Positions 37,444-48,782 of a stretch of 64,000 nucleotides of DNA are shown here, piece by piece (positions within the stretch are counted from its first letter, which is position 1; every line of letters starts with the position of its first letter). This DNA is from Escherichia phage MET-P1-301: the sequence record PV700625. One strand, given 5' to 3'. A program made the position numbers and the translations under genes. The notes under the pieces were generated by a model. It searched no databases. It saw only the letters and a program-made list of their open reading frames with translations, and had not been told where the DNA came from.

Positions 37444-38043
37444 TTATTTTACCCCTTTGGAGTCTACATCTAGATGGATAGTATATTCTGGTGGCTCTTG
37501 TCCTTCTTCGTAAACTAATTCACCATCAACAATGACACGCTCAATAATACTTCCACGTTCATCTTTCAGGACTGAATTTTTTACAAGAGTTACAACAAGA
37601 GGTGCAGAATTTTCGAAATCTGTATTAAGATAAGTGTAGTCATTTGGGATAGCTCCAGTGTCTAGAACTGTAGCTCCTGTCTCTTCAAGAATTAAATCCC
37701 TGACTGAACTCATCTCTAATCGTTGTTTAAGCTCAAGCATAATACTGTGAGCACCTTTACCATTCACCGTAATTAGTACAGGAATCTGAAAAGCAATTCT
37801 GTAGCAAACTACATCATCCTCAACAAACTTATCAAGAACCCAACCATAAGGTGTTGCAGCATCTTGACAATATACGGTAATAAATGGCTGGTCAGGTTTT
37901 AAACCTTTGTCATTTGAGTTATCAGAAGGGTAAGCTCTAATTACATTTGGTCTATTATTTTTATCACGAGCTAGTCTGTGACCAATAACATCCACTAAGG
38001 TTCTAACTAGACCTTTTTCAAGTTCTGCTGTTTCTAACTGCAT
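37444..38043 (-). CDS. hypothetical head-tail joining protein
   Basis: 199-aa ORF. Confidence 0.35.
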   Translation of the reverse strand: MQLETAELEKGLVRTLVDVIGHRLARDKNNRPNVIRAYPSDNSNDKGLKPDQPFITVYCQDAATPYGWVLDKFVEDDVVCYRIAFQIPVLITVNGKGAHSIMLELKQRLEMSSVRDLILEETGATVLDTGAIPNDYTYLNTDFENSAPLVVTLVKNSVLKDERGSIIERVIVDGELVYEEGQEPPEYTIHLDVDSKGVK

Positions 38044-38419
38044 TCATTTTATCCCTTCTAATAATGATATATTCATAATGGGACGTATGGGCTAATTGCT
38101 GTGACCAATCCATAGTCATAAATACTTCATACTCATGACCATCAATCATAACAATGTCAGACTCATTCCACTCTACATCATCTGAAGTTCTAAGTTTATA
38201 TGTAGTATACAGGATTCTTGTATCGGTAAGCCTGATACCTTCCGGTAAAGCAATCTGTGTACCATTCTTTACAGAACCTTTGATATATGGCTGGATATTA
38301 CCTTTGCAGTTAACCTCTACAATATCTTGTGAAGCTACCCAATCACCATCATCATTGTAGTAACCGTCTTCAGAGACTTTACGCTTTACTACAAAGCTGT
38401 GTCTGTTTAAGAGTCTCAT
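38018..38419 (-). CDS. hypothetical protein
   Basis: 133-aa ORF. Confidence 0.35.
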   Translation of the reverse strand: MRLLNRHSFVVKRKVSEDGYYNDDGDWVASQDIVEVNCKGNIQPYIKGSVKNGTQIALPEGIRLTDTRILYTTYKLRTSDDVEWNESDIVMIDGHEYEVFMTMDWSQQLAHTSHYEYIIIRRDKMNAVRNSRT

Positions 38420-38850
38420 TTCTTAATACCCTTCTTAGTAGAAATTTTATAAGCAAGGTTATCTCTTAAGTCACCTGTCTCAACAAGAGGTGCATTAAAG
38501 CCTTTTTTCTTGACTGTGGAAGGTGCGTTAGGAGGGAGGATAGCAGAATTACCAAAGCCTCTTTTAATTGCCTTTTGAGCATTCTTTGCAAATGCTTCTA
38601 AGGTATTTGAAGGGTCTGTGTTGAGACTGCTAAGTTGCTTATATAGATTCTTCTTAGTCTGCTCTAACAAGGTCTGTCTGTTTAGCATCATAGTGATTTC
38701 AAACAACCTACGATATACTTTACCAGAAGCTGAGGGAACCCCAATAACTTCTTGTAAATACATTAAAGCAGGATAAGAAAAACCAGAGCTATGTTGACCT
38801 TGTTCTTGAAAATACCCAACTTGAGCATTAGCCGTTTGCAAGTTCTTCAT
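38416..38850 (-). CDS. hypothetical protein
   Basis: 144-aa ORF. Confidence 0.35.
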   Translation of the reverse strand: MKNLQTANAQVGYFQEQGQHSSGFSYPALMYLQEVIGVPSASGKVYRRLFEITMMLNRQTLLEQTKKNLYKQLSSLNTDPSNTLEAFAKNAQKAIKRGFGNSAILPPNAPSTVKKKGFNAPLVETGDLRDNLAYKISTKKGIKK

Positions 38851-38896
38851 AGCCCCGACTAATTTTGCTCTAGCGGGGTGAATAACCCTTTAACCA

Positions 38897-39358
38897 TTAT
38901 TCATCTCGCTCGATAATAAATACGCCATTAACACGGTTGCAGTAATCTCTGCCTTCGTATCTGGCAGCATCACCATATTCTGTGTATTTCTTGACAGAGC
39001 AAGGATTCTGACGACGCATATCAATATCACACTGATTAATACCACCTGCATAGGGTAGTCCTGAAACAGAGCTTTTAACAAGGTCGTCATAAACAGCTTT
39101 CAGAGATTTGAATCTGGAAGAGTTACGTAAATAAACACCACCAACCTTCTCATCTCCCATCTTGGCTACTTGAAAGAGTAAATATTTAAGAGCTTTGATG
39201 GCTGCTTTCTTTCATCCTTTCCAGATTCTAGATAGAACCACTCTAGCACAGACTGTTCAATGAGAATTTCATCATTATTGGTGTCTGTGCAGAGGATTCT
39301 TACTCTATCAAGAGGGTTATTGGCTGGGTCGCCTGTATAACACATTCATAACCCTCCT
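38897..39358 (-). CDS. hypothetical protein (apparently frameshifted)
   Basis: ORF 38897-39160 plus an upstream in-phase-shifted reading frame starting near 39358. Confidence 0.3.
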
Positions 39359-39366
39359 TAAGAATA

Positions 39367-40463
39367 TTAGTCTGGTTTAGCGTCAGAACGAACGTCTACC
39401 AGCAACTGAGGACGTGTGCAGTATGGCAGCATGTAAGAGTGAGCTTCAAAGTCAATACCTTCGTCACGGTCTTTTTCGTATTCGAATACGTACAGTTCCT
39501 GACCAAGTGTATTGGCATAACCCATCTTAGGACATGGACCATATGCCACTTCGAAGATGTTGTTTGCTTCGCCCAGCATAGAAACGTTAGGGAAAGCATG
39601 ACCTACACCAACAGTTGCCGCTACGCTATCAATGCTCACCAGAGTGTGAACCTTACCACGCTTGTCTTTGAACTTACCGTTGTACTGGACAAACTTAACA
39701 CCACCGTAGTAGAAAGTGTTCATGTGAGCCTGAACGCCGTCAGTACCACCAGTTCTCAGAGAACCAGTAATCTGTTGCCAAGCCAGTGGAGTCTGCTGTG
39801 CAAGATAAGCGTCACGAATCTTAGGATGCTTAACCAGTTTGCTGAAGAATAAGCGGTCAACAACTACGTGAATTTCTTCACCGTTGATTACAGTGCCAGT
39901 CTTAGCTTCATCTTCCATGTGCATACGCAGTTCTTCAATAGAAGCGTCGATGTCAGCATTAGGGTTGTCAAGGTCGAAGTAAACAGTCTTCTTCTCAACG
40001 TCGAACTGCTTGTACAGGTCAGCATACAGAGTACCACGAGCATCAACAACTTTACCCTTCAGAGCTTGCATAAACAGGAACTCACGAGTAATATCGAACT
40101 TGGTACGAATCTTCATCAGCTTCTTAGCACGTACTACAGCTTCAGTAGTCAGTTCGTTTGCAGTGCCTGGCTGACGTACACCCTGAATTTCATCAGGAGT
40201 AATGCTTTCAACTTCTTTGAAGTACATCATTGGGAAGCTGATTTGACGAACACGCTCAGGTGCGCTAGTCTCTGCTTTACGGCTATCACGGTCTACCGCA
40301 TCAAGCAAGCTAACATCCCAATCAGTCAAGTCCATAAGGAAAGTAGTTTGGGTGATTGGTGCTGAACGGAACAGACCTAAGTTGGAAATATACCCATAAG
40401 TATTTGGGATAGACTGGACTTCACCAGTCAGGTCAGCAAGGAAAAATCTGCTTTTTCAGAATT
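39367..40463 (-). CDS. major capsid protein (lambda E-like)
   Basis: Listed 322-aa ORF extends by about 43 aa to ATG 40463 with GGAG RBS if one base is added in a T-run near 40430; follows decoration, scaffold and protease genes in lambda-like order. Confidence 0.7.
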
Positions 40464-40505
40464 AGTCAACATTGTAAAATTCTCCAGAATGTCTTATTAT
40501 TGTTA

Positions 40506-40883
40506 TTACAGGCCAGTTGGTACGAAATCAATACCTTTAGCAGCCAGAGCTGTCTTGACTGCATCAGCGTCAACGCTTGATTCAAGAGTAAGCATGTCTT
40601 TTAGCTCTGCGTCGCGGTAAATACCAACAACTTTCAACTGACCGTGGTAAGACAGTTGCAGGTCTGCGTAGAAATTAACGATACATACAGAGTCTGCTTG
40701 AGATTCTTCTCCAGCTTGTACCTTAGTACCGTCTGCTTTCAGAACTTCACCTACACGATACTCTGTAGATGCCTGTGGGGTATACTCTTTACGAGAGTGG
40801 CCTGTTGGTGTAACCTGTTCCCAAAGAATGATATCATTCAGAGGTTCTCTGTTACCTAACTTAGTAAAACCTTGATATGCCAT
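40506..40883 (-). CDS. putative head decoration protein
   Basis: 125 aa, immediately upstream of capsid gene. Confidence 0.45.
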   Translation of the reverse strand: MAYQGFTKLGNREPLNDIILWEQVTPTGHSRKEYTPQASTEYRVGEVLKADGTKVQAGEESQADSVCIVNFYADLQLSYHGQLKVVGIYRDAELKDMLTLESSVDADAVKTALAAKGIDFVPTGL

Positions 40884-40894
40884 TATTGTGTTCC

Positions 40895-41446
40895 TTATTT
40901 GATAAGAGATTTTAGAGCATTCTGGAGAGCCAGTTTGCGTTGTTCAGCGGTGTCTTCGGAAGCATTCTTAGCTGGTTCTTTTTCTTCTTCAACCAAATCA
41001 GCTTCGCCGTCATTACCCACTTCTTCCATAGCGTTAGAATGTTCAAGAACAGCACCAGCAGTTTCTTTCAGCTTGGTAATTTCTGATTCTTTTTCTTCCA
41101 TTGCAGAAGCATGGGATGCGATAGTTTCATTAAGTTTCTGGTTAGCACCTTCCATAGCATTCATAAACAGAACACTTAGAGGGTTATCAAGACCAGCACC
41201 TAAAATAGTCGTTGCAGCTTCTTTTGCATCAAATCCAAAAGCTTCAGCAGAAGCAGAAATCTTATTAGTCAAATCTGACAAAGCAGCTTCCTGTTCTTTA
41301 GCTTTCATTTGAGCAACCTGAAGACGCAAAGCTTCTAGTTCTTGCTTTTCTTGTTCAGTCATTTCTTCACCTGAATTGTTAACGTTTAAACTTACAGGAG
41401 CCTCTTCAGAACCTTGTAAGTAATTTAAGAAATCATCTTGAGACAT
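40895..41446 (-). CDS. putative scaffolding protein
   Basis: 183 aa, acidic coiled-coil (EEKEPAKNASEDTAEQ...), between protease and decoration genes. Confidence 0.5.
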   Translation of the reverse strand: MSQDDFLNYLQGSEEAPVSLNVNNSGEEMTEQEKQELEALRLQVAQMKAKEQEAALSDLTNKISASAEAFGFDAKEAATTILGAGLDNPLSVLFMNAMEGANQKLNETIASHASAMEEKESEITKLKETAGAVLEHSNAMEEVGNDGEADLVEEEKEPAKNASEDTAEQRKLALQNALKSLIK

Positions 41447-41544
41447 GATTGAGTTAATTAAACCAAGTTCAAGAGCTTCCTGAGCAGAATAAACATTCGC
41501 CTCAGTATTCTTTACAGCTTCTTCAGAGATATTACGAGCTTCAG

Positions 41545-42240
41545 CTACAAAACCTGTAAAGGTTGCGTAGGTATCATTAATTCTCTTTGAAGTCTTTCTT
41601 TGCTTTCTTCTGAAAGTGCTTGGAATGGTGAACCCATACCTTTAAACTCACCAGCTTTGATGACGTTAATTGTTACGCCATTCTTTTCAAATGCCTTAGT
41701 TAATTCCTGATGAACCATGATTACACCAATAGAACCAACATCTGCATCTGGTGATGCAATAATTTCTTCAGCAGAAGATGCAAGAGCATATGCAGCGGAA
41801 CAAGCGAACTCATCTACATAAGCAATAATTTTCTTTTGGCCTCTTGAAGCCATGATGTGACGTGCTAATTCAAAGCAACCTGAAGCTTCACCACCACCAG
41901 AATCAATATGCAGAACAATAGTCTTAATTGACTCATCTGCTAAAGCTTCGTCAAAGCCTCTGCGTAAACCTTCATAAGAGCTTAAACCGCCTGTACACAT
42001 TGCATCAATGAATGTCATACGATGGGTTAAGCCACCCATAATAGGGATAATAGCAATGTCATCTTTTACTTTTAAAAGACTTCTTGCGTCACCTTTGGGT
42101 TTATCAAAGTTTACTGCTGCTTGGACATCACCCAGCAATCTGTTATTCACATAAGTTGCTGCTGAGTGAGCTAATGATTCAGTGGCTAGTAAAGGTTGGT
42201 TGAATAATCTATCAGCAAGTCTGAAGATATTCGAACTCAT
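41545..42240 (-). CDS. prohead protease (S49/ClpP-like)
   Basis: IAYVDEFACSAAYALASSAEEIIASPDADVGSIGV resembles SppA/ClpP-fold serine peptidases. Confidence 0.7.
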   Translation of the reverse strand: MSSNIFRLADRLFNQPLLATESLAHSAATYVNNRLLGDVQAAVNFDKPKGDARSLLKVKDDIAIIPIMGGLTHRMTFIDAMCTGGLSSYEGLRRGFDEALADESIKTIVLHIDSGGGEASGCFELARHIMASRGQKKIIAYVDEFACSAAYALASSAEEIIASPDADVGSIGVIMVHQELTKAFEKNGVTINVIKAGEFKGMGSPFQALSEESKERLQRELMIPTQPLQVL

Positions 42241-42251
42241 TTTTACTCACC

Positions 42252-42584
42252 CTATTTGTTTAAATCTACAGAGACTGAAGAGATAACATAGATACCTTCT
42301 TCAGCAAAGAATTGAGGTTTGCTAAGAGCACCAGTTGCCACGCATTTATCGTTAGCATCCCACAAGCTATAGTGTGAGACCGTTGCAGAAGCTGGAACAG
42401 TAATGTTAACTGTGTCTTCTGAGGCAATTAAGCCATTATCCGGTTCAGAAAAATAAATAGCCACTGGCTGAGTAACCTTATTTGCTGTAGGGTCTGCCGT
42501 TGGGTCTACATTGTGTAAAATAATAGTCGTTGGGGTTAGCGTGGCGAGGATTTTGTTCTTACCATCAATAGTTAATGTTCCCAT
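42252..42584 (-). CDS. hypothetical protein
   Basis: 110-aa ORF. Confidence 0.35.
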   Translation of the reverse strand: MGTLTIDGKNKILATLTPTTIILHNVDPTADPTANKVTQPVAIYFSEPDNGLIASEDTVNITVPASATVSHYSLWDANDKCVATGALSKPQFFAEEGIYVISSVSVDLNK

Positions 42585-42651
42585 TAATTAAACCTTACTT
42601 TTTGTTTAAGGACTGTTGAATGGTTACCAGATTCATCTACCACATTTACAA

Positions 42652-43083
42652 TCATATCATATACTTTACCTTTGACAAGTACTTTGTAATCATTTTGTGA
42701 AAAATGTATTCAAGTCTGTTTGTTTCTTTATTAACTGTCATTGGGGATTGAAATGCAGTGTCGAGGGTAATGAAAGCGGCTTCAATGCTATTAACATTGA
42801 TACGTTTATTCTCGCAGTTATATAACTTTACACCCAAAAGGCATGAACTGTCAAATGGAATTTTAACAATTTCACTACAATTTCCTGAAATAAACGGTTT
42901 TCCACTCATTGGAGCATCAAGTAACCTACAAATAGTGAAAACGTCAGAGGTTCCACCGTCACTTACGTAACCTGAAAGGCTGACCCTTGAGCCAGCCTCT
43001 ACAGATAATTTGTCAGTGATAATAAGAACACCTCTATACGAATGCACTCGTGTAGCATTTGAAATAGAGATAACTTCAGCCAT
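42652..43083 (-). CDS. hypothetical protein
   Basis: 143-aa ORF. Confidence 0.35.
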   Translation of the reverse strand: MAEVISISNATRVHSYRGVLIITDKLSVEAGSRVSLSGYVSDGGTSDVFTICRLLDAPMSGKPFISGNCSEIVKIPFDSSCLLGVKLYNCENKRINVNSIEAAFITLDTAFQSPMTVNKETNRLEYIFHKMITKYLSKVKYMI

Positions 43084-44557
43084 TATTTATTTGCCTTATT
43101 TGCTGTGCTTGGGTCTTTCGCTGAAGGTGTCTTTGCAGTACCTTCTCCAGCGGTCTTATAACCATCTCCTGAGCGGCTTTGGCTATTTGGAGAAAGCTTT
43201 TCAGATACTGGCTGAGACTCATCAGCAGGAGGAAGACCAATATGCTCTCTAAGCTTGTTAGATAGCTCTTTGTCAACTTCCAAAGCACCTACTGCAACAG
43301 TCTTCTGAATATAAGAACCAATTGCTTCAAGGTCTGGAGTTTCAATATCATCATATGTGATTTGTACATGTTCTTCATCATCCCACATATTAAGAGCATA
43401 AGTCTGTGCAACTAAATCACGGTTAATTACGTTCTTAATTTGCTTCAGCAGAATATCTACTGACATCGCTAGTAAGCTTGTCTTAGAATCTGCAAGAGAG
43501 AATGAACCGTATTTTGACTGACCCATAGCAAGAACATCTGACATAAATGCCATCATAATCTGCTTGGAATATCTGTCAATAATAGAACCTGTATCGTATG
43601 CTTTAGCACCCTGTCTAGAAACTAATGAGAACTCAAAAATATCCTCTTTAGTATCTGGGTCGATATATCTAGGCCAGATTAAACCTGCTCTGTCATTAGC
43701 AATCATATCATTAACAACAGTTTTGCAGTATTGTACGAAAGCTTTCTTTTCAGGTTCTGCATTTTCATCCAGATAATCTGGTGGTAAACCAATCTTTGGC
43801 ATACCTACCAAGTCTCTTGAAACACCAACAGCTTCGTACTCTTCAATCTGAACTTTATACTTCCACGGTACATAGGCATTAAGTAATGGTGAACGACCTT
43901 CTGGGTTCCCATATTCGTCATCATACTTAAACAGCATGAATTTAGCTCGTGGGAGTTTTCTTGTTAGTGGTCTTTCTCCAAGATTAATTGCTCCAGCAAT
44001 ATGTGAAACATTTCTCAGATTCTGTCTAACACCAGTAACTTTTCTAAAGTCTTCGTCAAAATACCACTTATCAAGTGTTGATTGGTTTCTGATTGGTAAT
44101 TTAGCCCATCCAATTAAACCGTCATCAAATTTAGACTGGTACTTTCCTTTTTACCCTGACGCTTCTTATAAACTTTCTCGTTAACACAGAACCCATAAGT
44201 GCAGAATGACATTACAGAATTAATAAAATCTGCCCAATCATGCTCCATGTCATCCATTAAAGAATTAAAGAAGTCTGCTCTTTCAAGCATTTTAGGGTCT
44301 TGCTCTTTTCCCTTTGGAGGTACAAATCTCCAGTTGACTTTTCTGACAAACATCTTAATAATATTTACAGATGCTGCTACAGCAGGGTCACGCATCATTA
44401 ATTGGAAAGTTTTAATACTTTCAGGGAACCTTAGTGCCTGACGAGGTTCTTCATAGATTCTTCCACTCTTAACCTTCAGACCCAAAGAACCTACTTCACC
44501 CATTCTAAATGGTGGTAAGCTTTCTTGTGTTTCTGTAATATCTGCCATTCTTCTCAC
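43083..44557 (-). CDS. portal protein (split by frameshift)
   Basis: ORFs 44114-44557 and 43083-43937 are collinear, separated by a short shifted stretch; downstream of terminase. Confidence 0.65.
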
Positions 44558-44564
44558 CTAGCTA

Positions 44565-46180
44565 TCAACGTCTAAGCCCCTCATATGGGTTTCCTCTCAC
44601 TAAATCTGTGTGAGCACCCATTGACGGTGGCTTGAATAATTTAACTTCGTTAAGACTGTTGAAAGCATCACTGGTAGCATCCACTTGGTCATCTTTAGTT
44701 TTACCATCACCACAAAAGCCTTCAAGTTCTTGAAAGTAAGCTTCATTCCAACTACCTCTCAAGACTTTTACAAGTCCAGCTTCAGAAGCAGCAGAGAATC
44801 CCGCAAAGCGGGTAACTTTATCTTTATTTGTTGGTTTAGCTCTTGCTCGATAACCTTTCTCGGCAAGTTTCCTGATGAGGGATGTTGCGTAGGATTTACC
44901 AGCAGCGCCTGGGTCTTGAGGGATAAAAATACCAGTTCGCTTACCGTCACTTTCAGCAGTCAAATTAATTTGTGTTTCGACTCCAGAGGGTCTATCTCTA
45001 AATCTTACTACATCAATGATATAATAGCAACCGTCTTTTTAGATTTACCCATCTTAACACCTGCTGTCCAGTCTGGATTAGGGTTAATCTCCGATGGTAA
45101 AGTTGCTGCTAAGTCCCATGCTCTAACATCAAATACATCTTCTGGGAGTGAATCAACAATTTCACACCATTGTCTTTGCCAATAGTTTGAACCTTCTGCA
45201 CGAGCCTTCCAGTTACCGAAACGAAGTCTTGCAACGTTTACAGGGGTGTTGTTTTCCAACTTACCACGGTACTTAGGCTCTAAGAAGTCAAGGATTGGGT
45301 TATCATCAATCGTACCAGAGATAAAGGTGTATGTTTGAGGAATCTCAAGAGGGAACATTTCAAGAATCTTGTCTCTCTCCCAATCAGAAACCATCACACC
45401 ATCATTCATTACATACCAACGGATACGACCACACTTTTCAGGGTCTGGGTAGCCTTCTTCATCTAAGAATGGCTCTACCCAATCGTAAATAAAGTGGTCT
45501 CTGTCTGGGTTCATGGAAATCTTCATGTATGAATCACCTTCAGCCCCAGAACGTAGACGAGTCTGTAGGTATGAAATCTGTGAAGCAGAGAAGTGTGTAC
45601 CTTCGTCAAAGTAAATAGCTGAGTATTCAATACCCTGATGACCTTCAGCGTGCTTTTCAAGTTCTAGGTAGGTAAACTTGATAGTTGCCCCAGAAGGGAA
45701 TGTGATAGTCATTTTCTGCTCGTGAGGAATACCACCAAACTTACCAAATAGTTTCTTTGCAGCAGGCCATAAACCACCTTGTAGCTGTGTTGTATTTCGA
45801 CGGAAATATACAGCATTATAGTTAGGGTCTTCAATAAATCTTAAAGAGTCCATTAACAATGCAGCAGTTTTACCAGCACCAGCAGCACCACCATAGAGAA
45901 CCAAGTCAGCATTAGTATTTAAAAAGACCTCTTGAGAACCCGGCTGAGGGGCTACATAATTCTTATCAGTCATCAATTTAAAGATAAGGCGAACTTGGTC
46001 TGGTGTGTATCTTAATAAAGTCAGAATTTGAGTTGGAAGGAATTTAGAGGGGTCTTTACCGAATGATTTAATAATTTCTTTTACTTCATCAGAAAGCCCC
46101 AACTCTCCAGCTAGGACTTTCCTAACATCTTCCACTCGCTTCTGCTTAACAGCATTTAAGTCCATTAAGCGCCTCCGCAA
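44565..46180 (-). CDS. terminase large subunit (split by frameshift)
   Basis: N-terminal ORF has Walker A LYGGAAGAGKTAAL; C-terminal ORF 44565-44963 has nuclease-type GKTKDDQVDA. Confidence 0.8.
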
Positions 46181-46186
46181 ATAGAA

Positions 46187-46387
46187 TTATTCAGAGTCTG
46201 TAGCAGTCTCTTCTTTCTTAACTTCGAACTTTGCATCAACAGCATCAAGAAGTGCATCCATAGATGCTTCTTTAATATCAATACCTGTTGCTACAGACAA
46301 TCTGTCTGCAATTGCCATGATAGTATTCTGCATAAATTCTAGCTTCTTATTAGCTTCATAAAGTTCTTTATAAACGGTCTCGCTCAT
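46187..46387 (-). CDS. hypothetical small protein
   Basis: 66-aa ORF upstream of terminase. Confidence 0.35.
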   Translation of the reverse strand: MSETVYKELYEANKKLEFMQNTIMAIADRLSVATGIDIKEASMDALLDAVDAKFEVKKEETATDSE

Positions 46388-46606
46388 TATGTTTTCTCCA
46401 AATAGTTAATCATGTTTCCCTTAAAAAGACGGTACAGAGACCGTCAAGGAGAAACCACAATGTACGTCAGAGACATACTGTATAAGTCTTCTTATAAAGT
46501 ATAACTCTGTAAAAAGCCCTGTCTAAAAATACTCTTCGGTAGCGAAAGGAAGAATACTGATAGCAGGGCATTATTATTATTTTAATTGAGAGAGAGTAAA
46601 ATAACT

Positions 46607-46682
46607 TGGAGAATCCGAAGGGACTCGAACCCTTATAAACCTGTTTTGCAGACAGGCACATAGCCATTTCTGTCACGGATTC
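46607..46682 (-). tRNA. tRNA-Cys (anticodon GCA)
   Basis: Cloverleaf: acceptor GAATCCG/CGGATTC, anticodon stem CCTGT/ACAGG, loop CTGCAAA, T-loop TTCGAGT, CCA encoded. Confidence 0.85.
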
Positions 46683-46686
46683 AAAT

Positions 46687-46779
46687 TGGAGGAAGATACC
46701 AGACTTGAACTGGTACACCGATTTCTCAGCTACTGGCAGTTTAGCAAACTGCTCCCTTACCTTTTAGGGTTAATCTTCC
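46687..46779 (-). tRNA. tRNA-Ser (anticodon GCT)
   Basis: Acceptor GGAAGAT/ATCTTCC, anticodon stem GCAGT/ACTGC, loop TTGCTAA, long variable arm. Confidence 0.8.
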
Positions 46780-46780
46780 A

Positions 46781-47514
46781 TTATTTCTGTAATGCGTTCT
46801 TCATTTCTGGTGTTGCAATAGTGTCAATTACACCAGTTTTACAAGCATCATCAAACCAGTCTGGTAAGATACCTGCTAAGAACCCATTGATATTCGTTTT
46901 AAGGTACTCTGCAATAAGGGCAGCTTCTTCTTCAATCATCTGCACAACTTCATCTGCATAAGCTGTAATCTTCGAGATACCTTCATTAATCTTACTAACA
47001 GCTTGGTTAGCTAAATCAGAAATAGTATCAAGACCTTTGTCAATAGCGTCTTGTAAGTCACTTAATACATCATTAACACCGTCTAGTGCACTGTTAATCG
47101 TATCAATAGCTTTTTGACCATACTCTGTAGCAACACCCATAATACCACTAAATGGTGTACAGCCAACTTGTTCACCTGCTGCACCCATAACATTAGAATA
47201 ACCTTTTGCTACCTGCATACGTGATGAAAACTCATCAATGGACTTTTGACCGTAATCTGTCAGTGTTTTGGTAGTTGATGTAGTGCTTGTCAGACTCGTG
47301 GTAAAGCTGTTAAGCAGAACTGTTGTAAGTCCAGCAGCAACAAGCTTATCTTTTACTGTAGGGTCTGATACAGAACTAATAGAGCTTACAAGTGATGTGG
47401 AGGCAGCTACGGTTCCACCGAGAACTGCTGCACCAGTAATAAGGGGTTAGAAAACCCTTTACCAGTTTTTAAGAGATTAAAAATCTCCTTACCTTGTTCT
47501 GTCATCTCTTTCAT
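46781..47514 (-). CDS. hypothetical Ala/Thr/Ser-rich protein (apparently frameshifted)
   Basis: ORF 46781-47218 continues upstream in-frame to about 47440 and links to ATG 47514 across one frame change. Confidence 0.4.
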
Positions 47515-47530
47515 TAAGCACCTTTGAAAT

Positions 47531-47607
47531 TGGTAGTCCAGTGGGATTTGAACCCTCTTCTCATGTTTTTCAGACACGCGCTTTAACCATATAAGCTACT
47601 TGGACTA
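47531..47607 (-). tRNA. tRNA-Phe (anticodon GAA)
   Basis: Acceptor TAGTCCA/TGGACTA, anticodon stem CGTGT/ACATG, loop CTGAAAA; D-arm register uncertain. Confidence 0.65.
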
Positions 47608-47612
47608 TAAAT

Positions 47613-47688
47613 TGGGGTGACCTACGGGATTTGAACCCGTATAGACCATGTTCACAGCATGGGTCATTACCATTTATGATAAGGCCAC
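47613..47688 (-). tRNA. tRNA-His (anticodon GTG)
   Basis: Anticodon stem CCATG/CATGG, loop CTGTGAA, T-loop TTCAAAT, CCA encoded. Confidence 0.8.
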
Positions 47689-47719
47689 ATTTAAGGACTC
47701 TCGTAAGAATCCTTAGAAG

Positions 47720-47795
47720 TGGCAGCGGCATAAGGATTTGAACCTTAATAAGACAGCTTCAGAGACTGCTGCATTGCCAGTTATGCTATACCGCT
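47720..47795 (-). tRNA. tRNA-Gln (anticodon CTG)
   Basis: D-stem GCAT/ATGC, anticodon loop CTCTGAA with G-U closing pairs, T-arm TAAGG/CCTTA. Confidence 0.6.
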
Positions 47796-47800
47796 AAATT

Positions 47801-47879
47801 TGGTACTCCATATCGGATTCGAACCGATACATAACACAGATTTTAAGTCTGGCCTCTCTGCCAATTGGAGTAATGGAGC
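47801..47879 (-). tRNA. tRNA with anticodon TAA (Leu-type anticodon, short variable arm)
   Basis: Acceptor and T-arm (ATCGG-TTCGAAT-CCGAT) clear; anticodon loop CTTAAAA; variable region only about 7 nt. Confidence 0.5.
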
Positions 47880-47881
47880 AT

Positions 47882-47956
47882 TGGCGGGGATGTTGGAATT
47901 GAACCAACTTCTTCGATTTCAAAGACCGAGGTTTTAACCTTGTAAACTAATCCCCT
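47882..47956 (-). tRNA. tRNA-Gln (anticodon TTG)
   Basis: D-stem GTTT/AAAC, anticodon stem TCGGT/ATCGA, loop CTTTGAA, T-arm GTTGG/CCAAC. Confidence 0.7.
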
Positions 47957-47964
47957 TTAAATCT

Positions 47965-48522
47965 TTACTTTCTCAGTGGATGAATAAAGAATGCCAACAT
48001 AATTCTTTCCCTTGAGAATGCTCTTTCTTCTGGGACAACACTTTTTAGTTTCCATCCAATATAAATTCTCCAGTAAAATTGTTTACCAAAGATTTTAATT
48101 GATGGGATAAAAGCGAATAATCCCCAAGCATTACTGTTCCACATTAGGAGATAACCTGTCTGATTATCTTCAGGGTCAGAACTTACGTTGATATTACCTT
48201 TCCACTTAGTAACATCTTTTACATCTCTCCCTAATACATGGTAAGAGAAGTTATAAGCTTTGTTTCTCCAGAGCCATCCGACTCTTTGCATGTAGACACC
48301 TAGTTTACCAATCCATCTAATATTAGTCCATCTTTTAACGTGACCTTCATCACCATCAATTGGGTTGTCATAAGTTTCCATCCATCTGAACCCGAAAGGT
48401 AGATGTCCTTTCTTCTCACTGTAGAATGGAACTACGAAAGGTGCTAAGATAACTGCTAAGATTGCTGCAAATGGCTCTAACAAAGCTAAGAAAATCCATG
48501 AAGCATACTTCAAATATCTCAT
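47965..48522 (-). CDS. hypothetical membrane protein inside tRNA cluster
   Basis: 185 aa; N-terminal hydrophobic stretch WIFLALLEPFAAILAVILAPFVVPF. Confidence 0.5.
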   Translation of the reverse strand: MRYLKYASWIFLALLEPFAAILAVILAPFVVPFYSEKKGHLPFGFRWMETYDNPIDGDEGHVKRWTNIRWIGKLGVYMQRVGWLWRNKAYNFSYHVLGRDVKDVTKWKGNINVSSDPEDNQTGYLLMWNSNAWGLFAFIPSIKIFGKQFYWRIYIGWKLKSVVPEERAFSRERIMLAFFIHPLRK

Positions 48523-48541
48523 CTAAATAGCCTCTTTAAAT

Positions 48542-48617
48542 TGGCGCAGGATAAGGGATTCGAACCCCTATTAACAGCTTCGTAGACTGTTGCTCTATCC
48601 ATTTGAACTAATCCTGC
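48542..48617 (-). tRNA. tRNA-Arg (anticodon ACG)
   Basis: Acceptor GCAGGAT/ATCCTGC, anticodon stem ACAGT/GCTGT, loop CTACGAA. Confidence 0.8.
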
Positions 48618-48622
48618 AAAAT

Positions 48623-48700
48623 TGGTGTTCCAAGACGGATTCGAACCGTCACTAGTACAAGGTTTGAGCTTGCATCCTCTACCAATTGGGATACTGGAAC
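48623..48700 (-). tRNA. tRNA with anticodon CAA (Leu-type anticodon, short variable arm)
   Basis: T-arm GACGG-TTCGAAT-CCGTC, anticodon stem GCAAG/CTTGT, loop CTCAAAC; variable region about 6 nt. Confidence 0.5.
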
Positions 48701-48701
48701 A

Positions 48702-48776
48702 TGGTACTCACTAAAGGACTTGAACCTTTTTCTTCATCTTGTAAGGGTGATGTTTTACCATATAAACTAAGCGAGT
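48702..48776 (-). tRNA. tRNA-Val (anticodon TAC)
   Basis: D-stem GTTT/AAAC, anticodon loop CTTACAA, T-arm AAAGG-TTCAAGT-CCTTT. Confidence 0.75.
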
Positions 48777-48782
48777 GTGAAA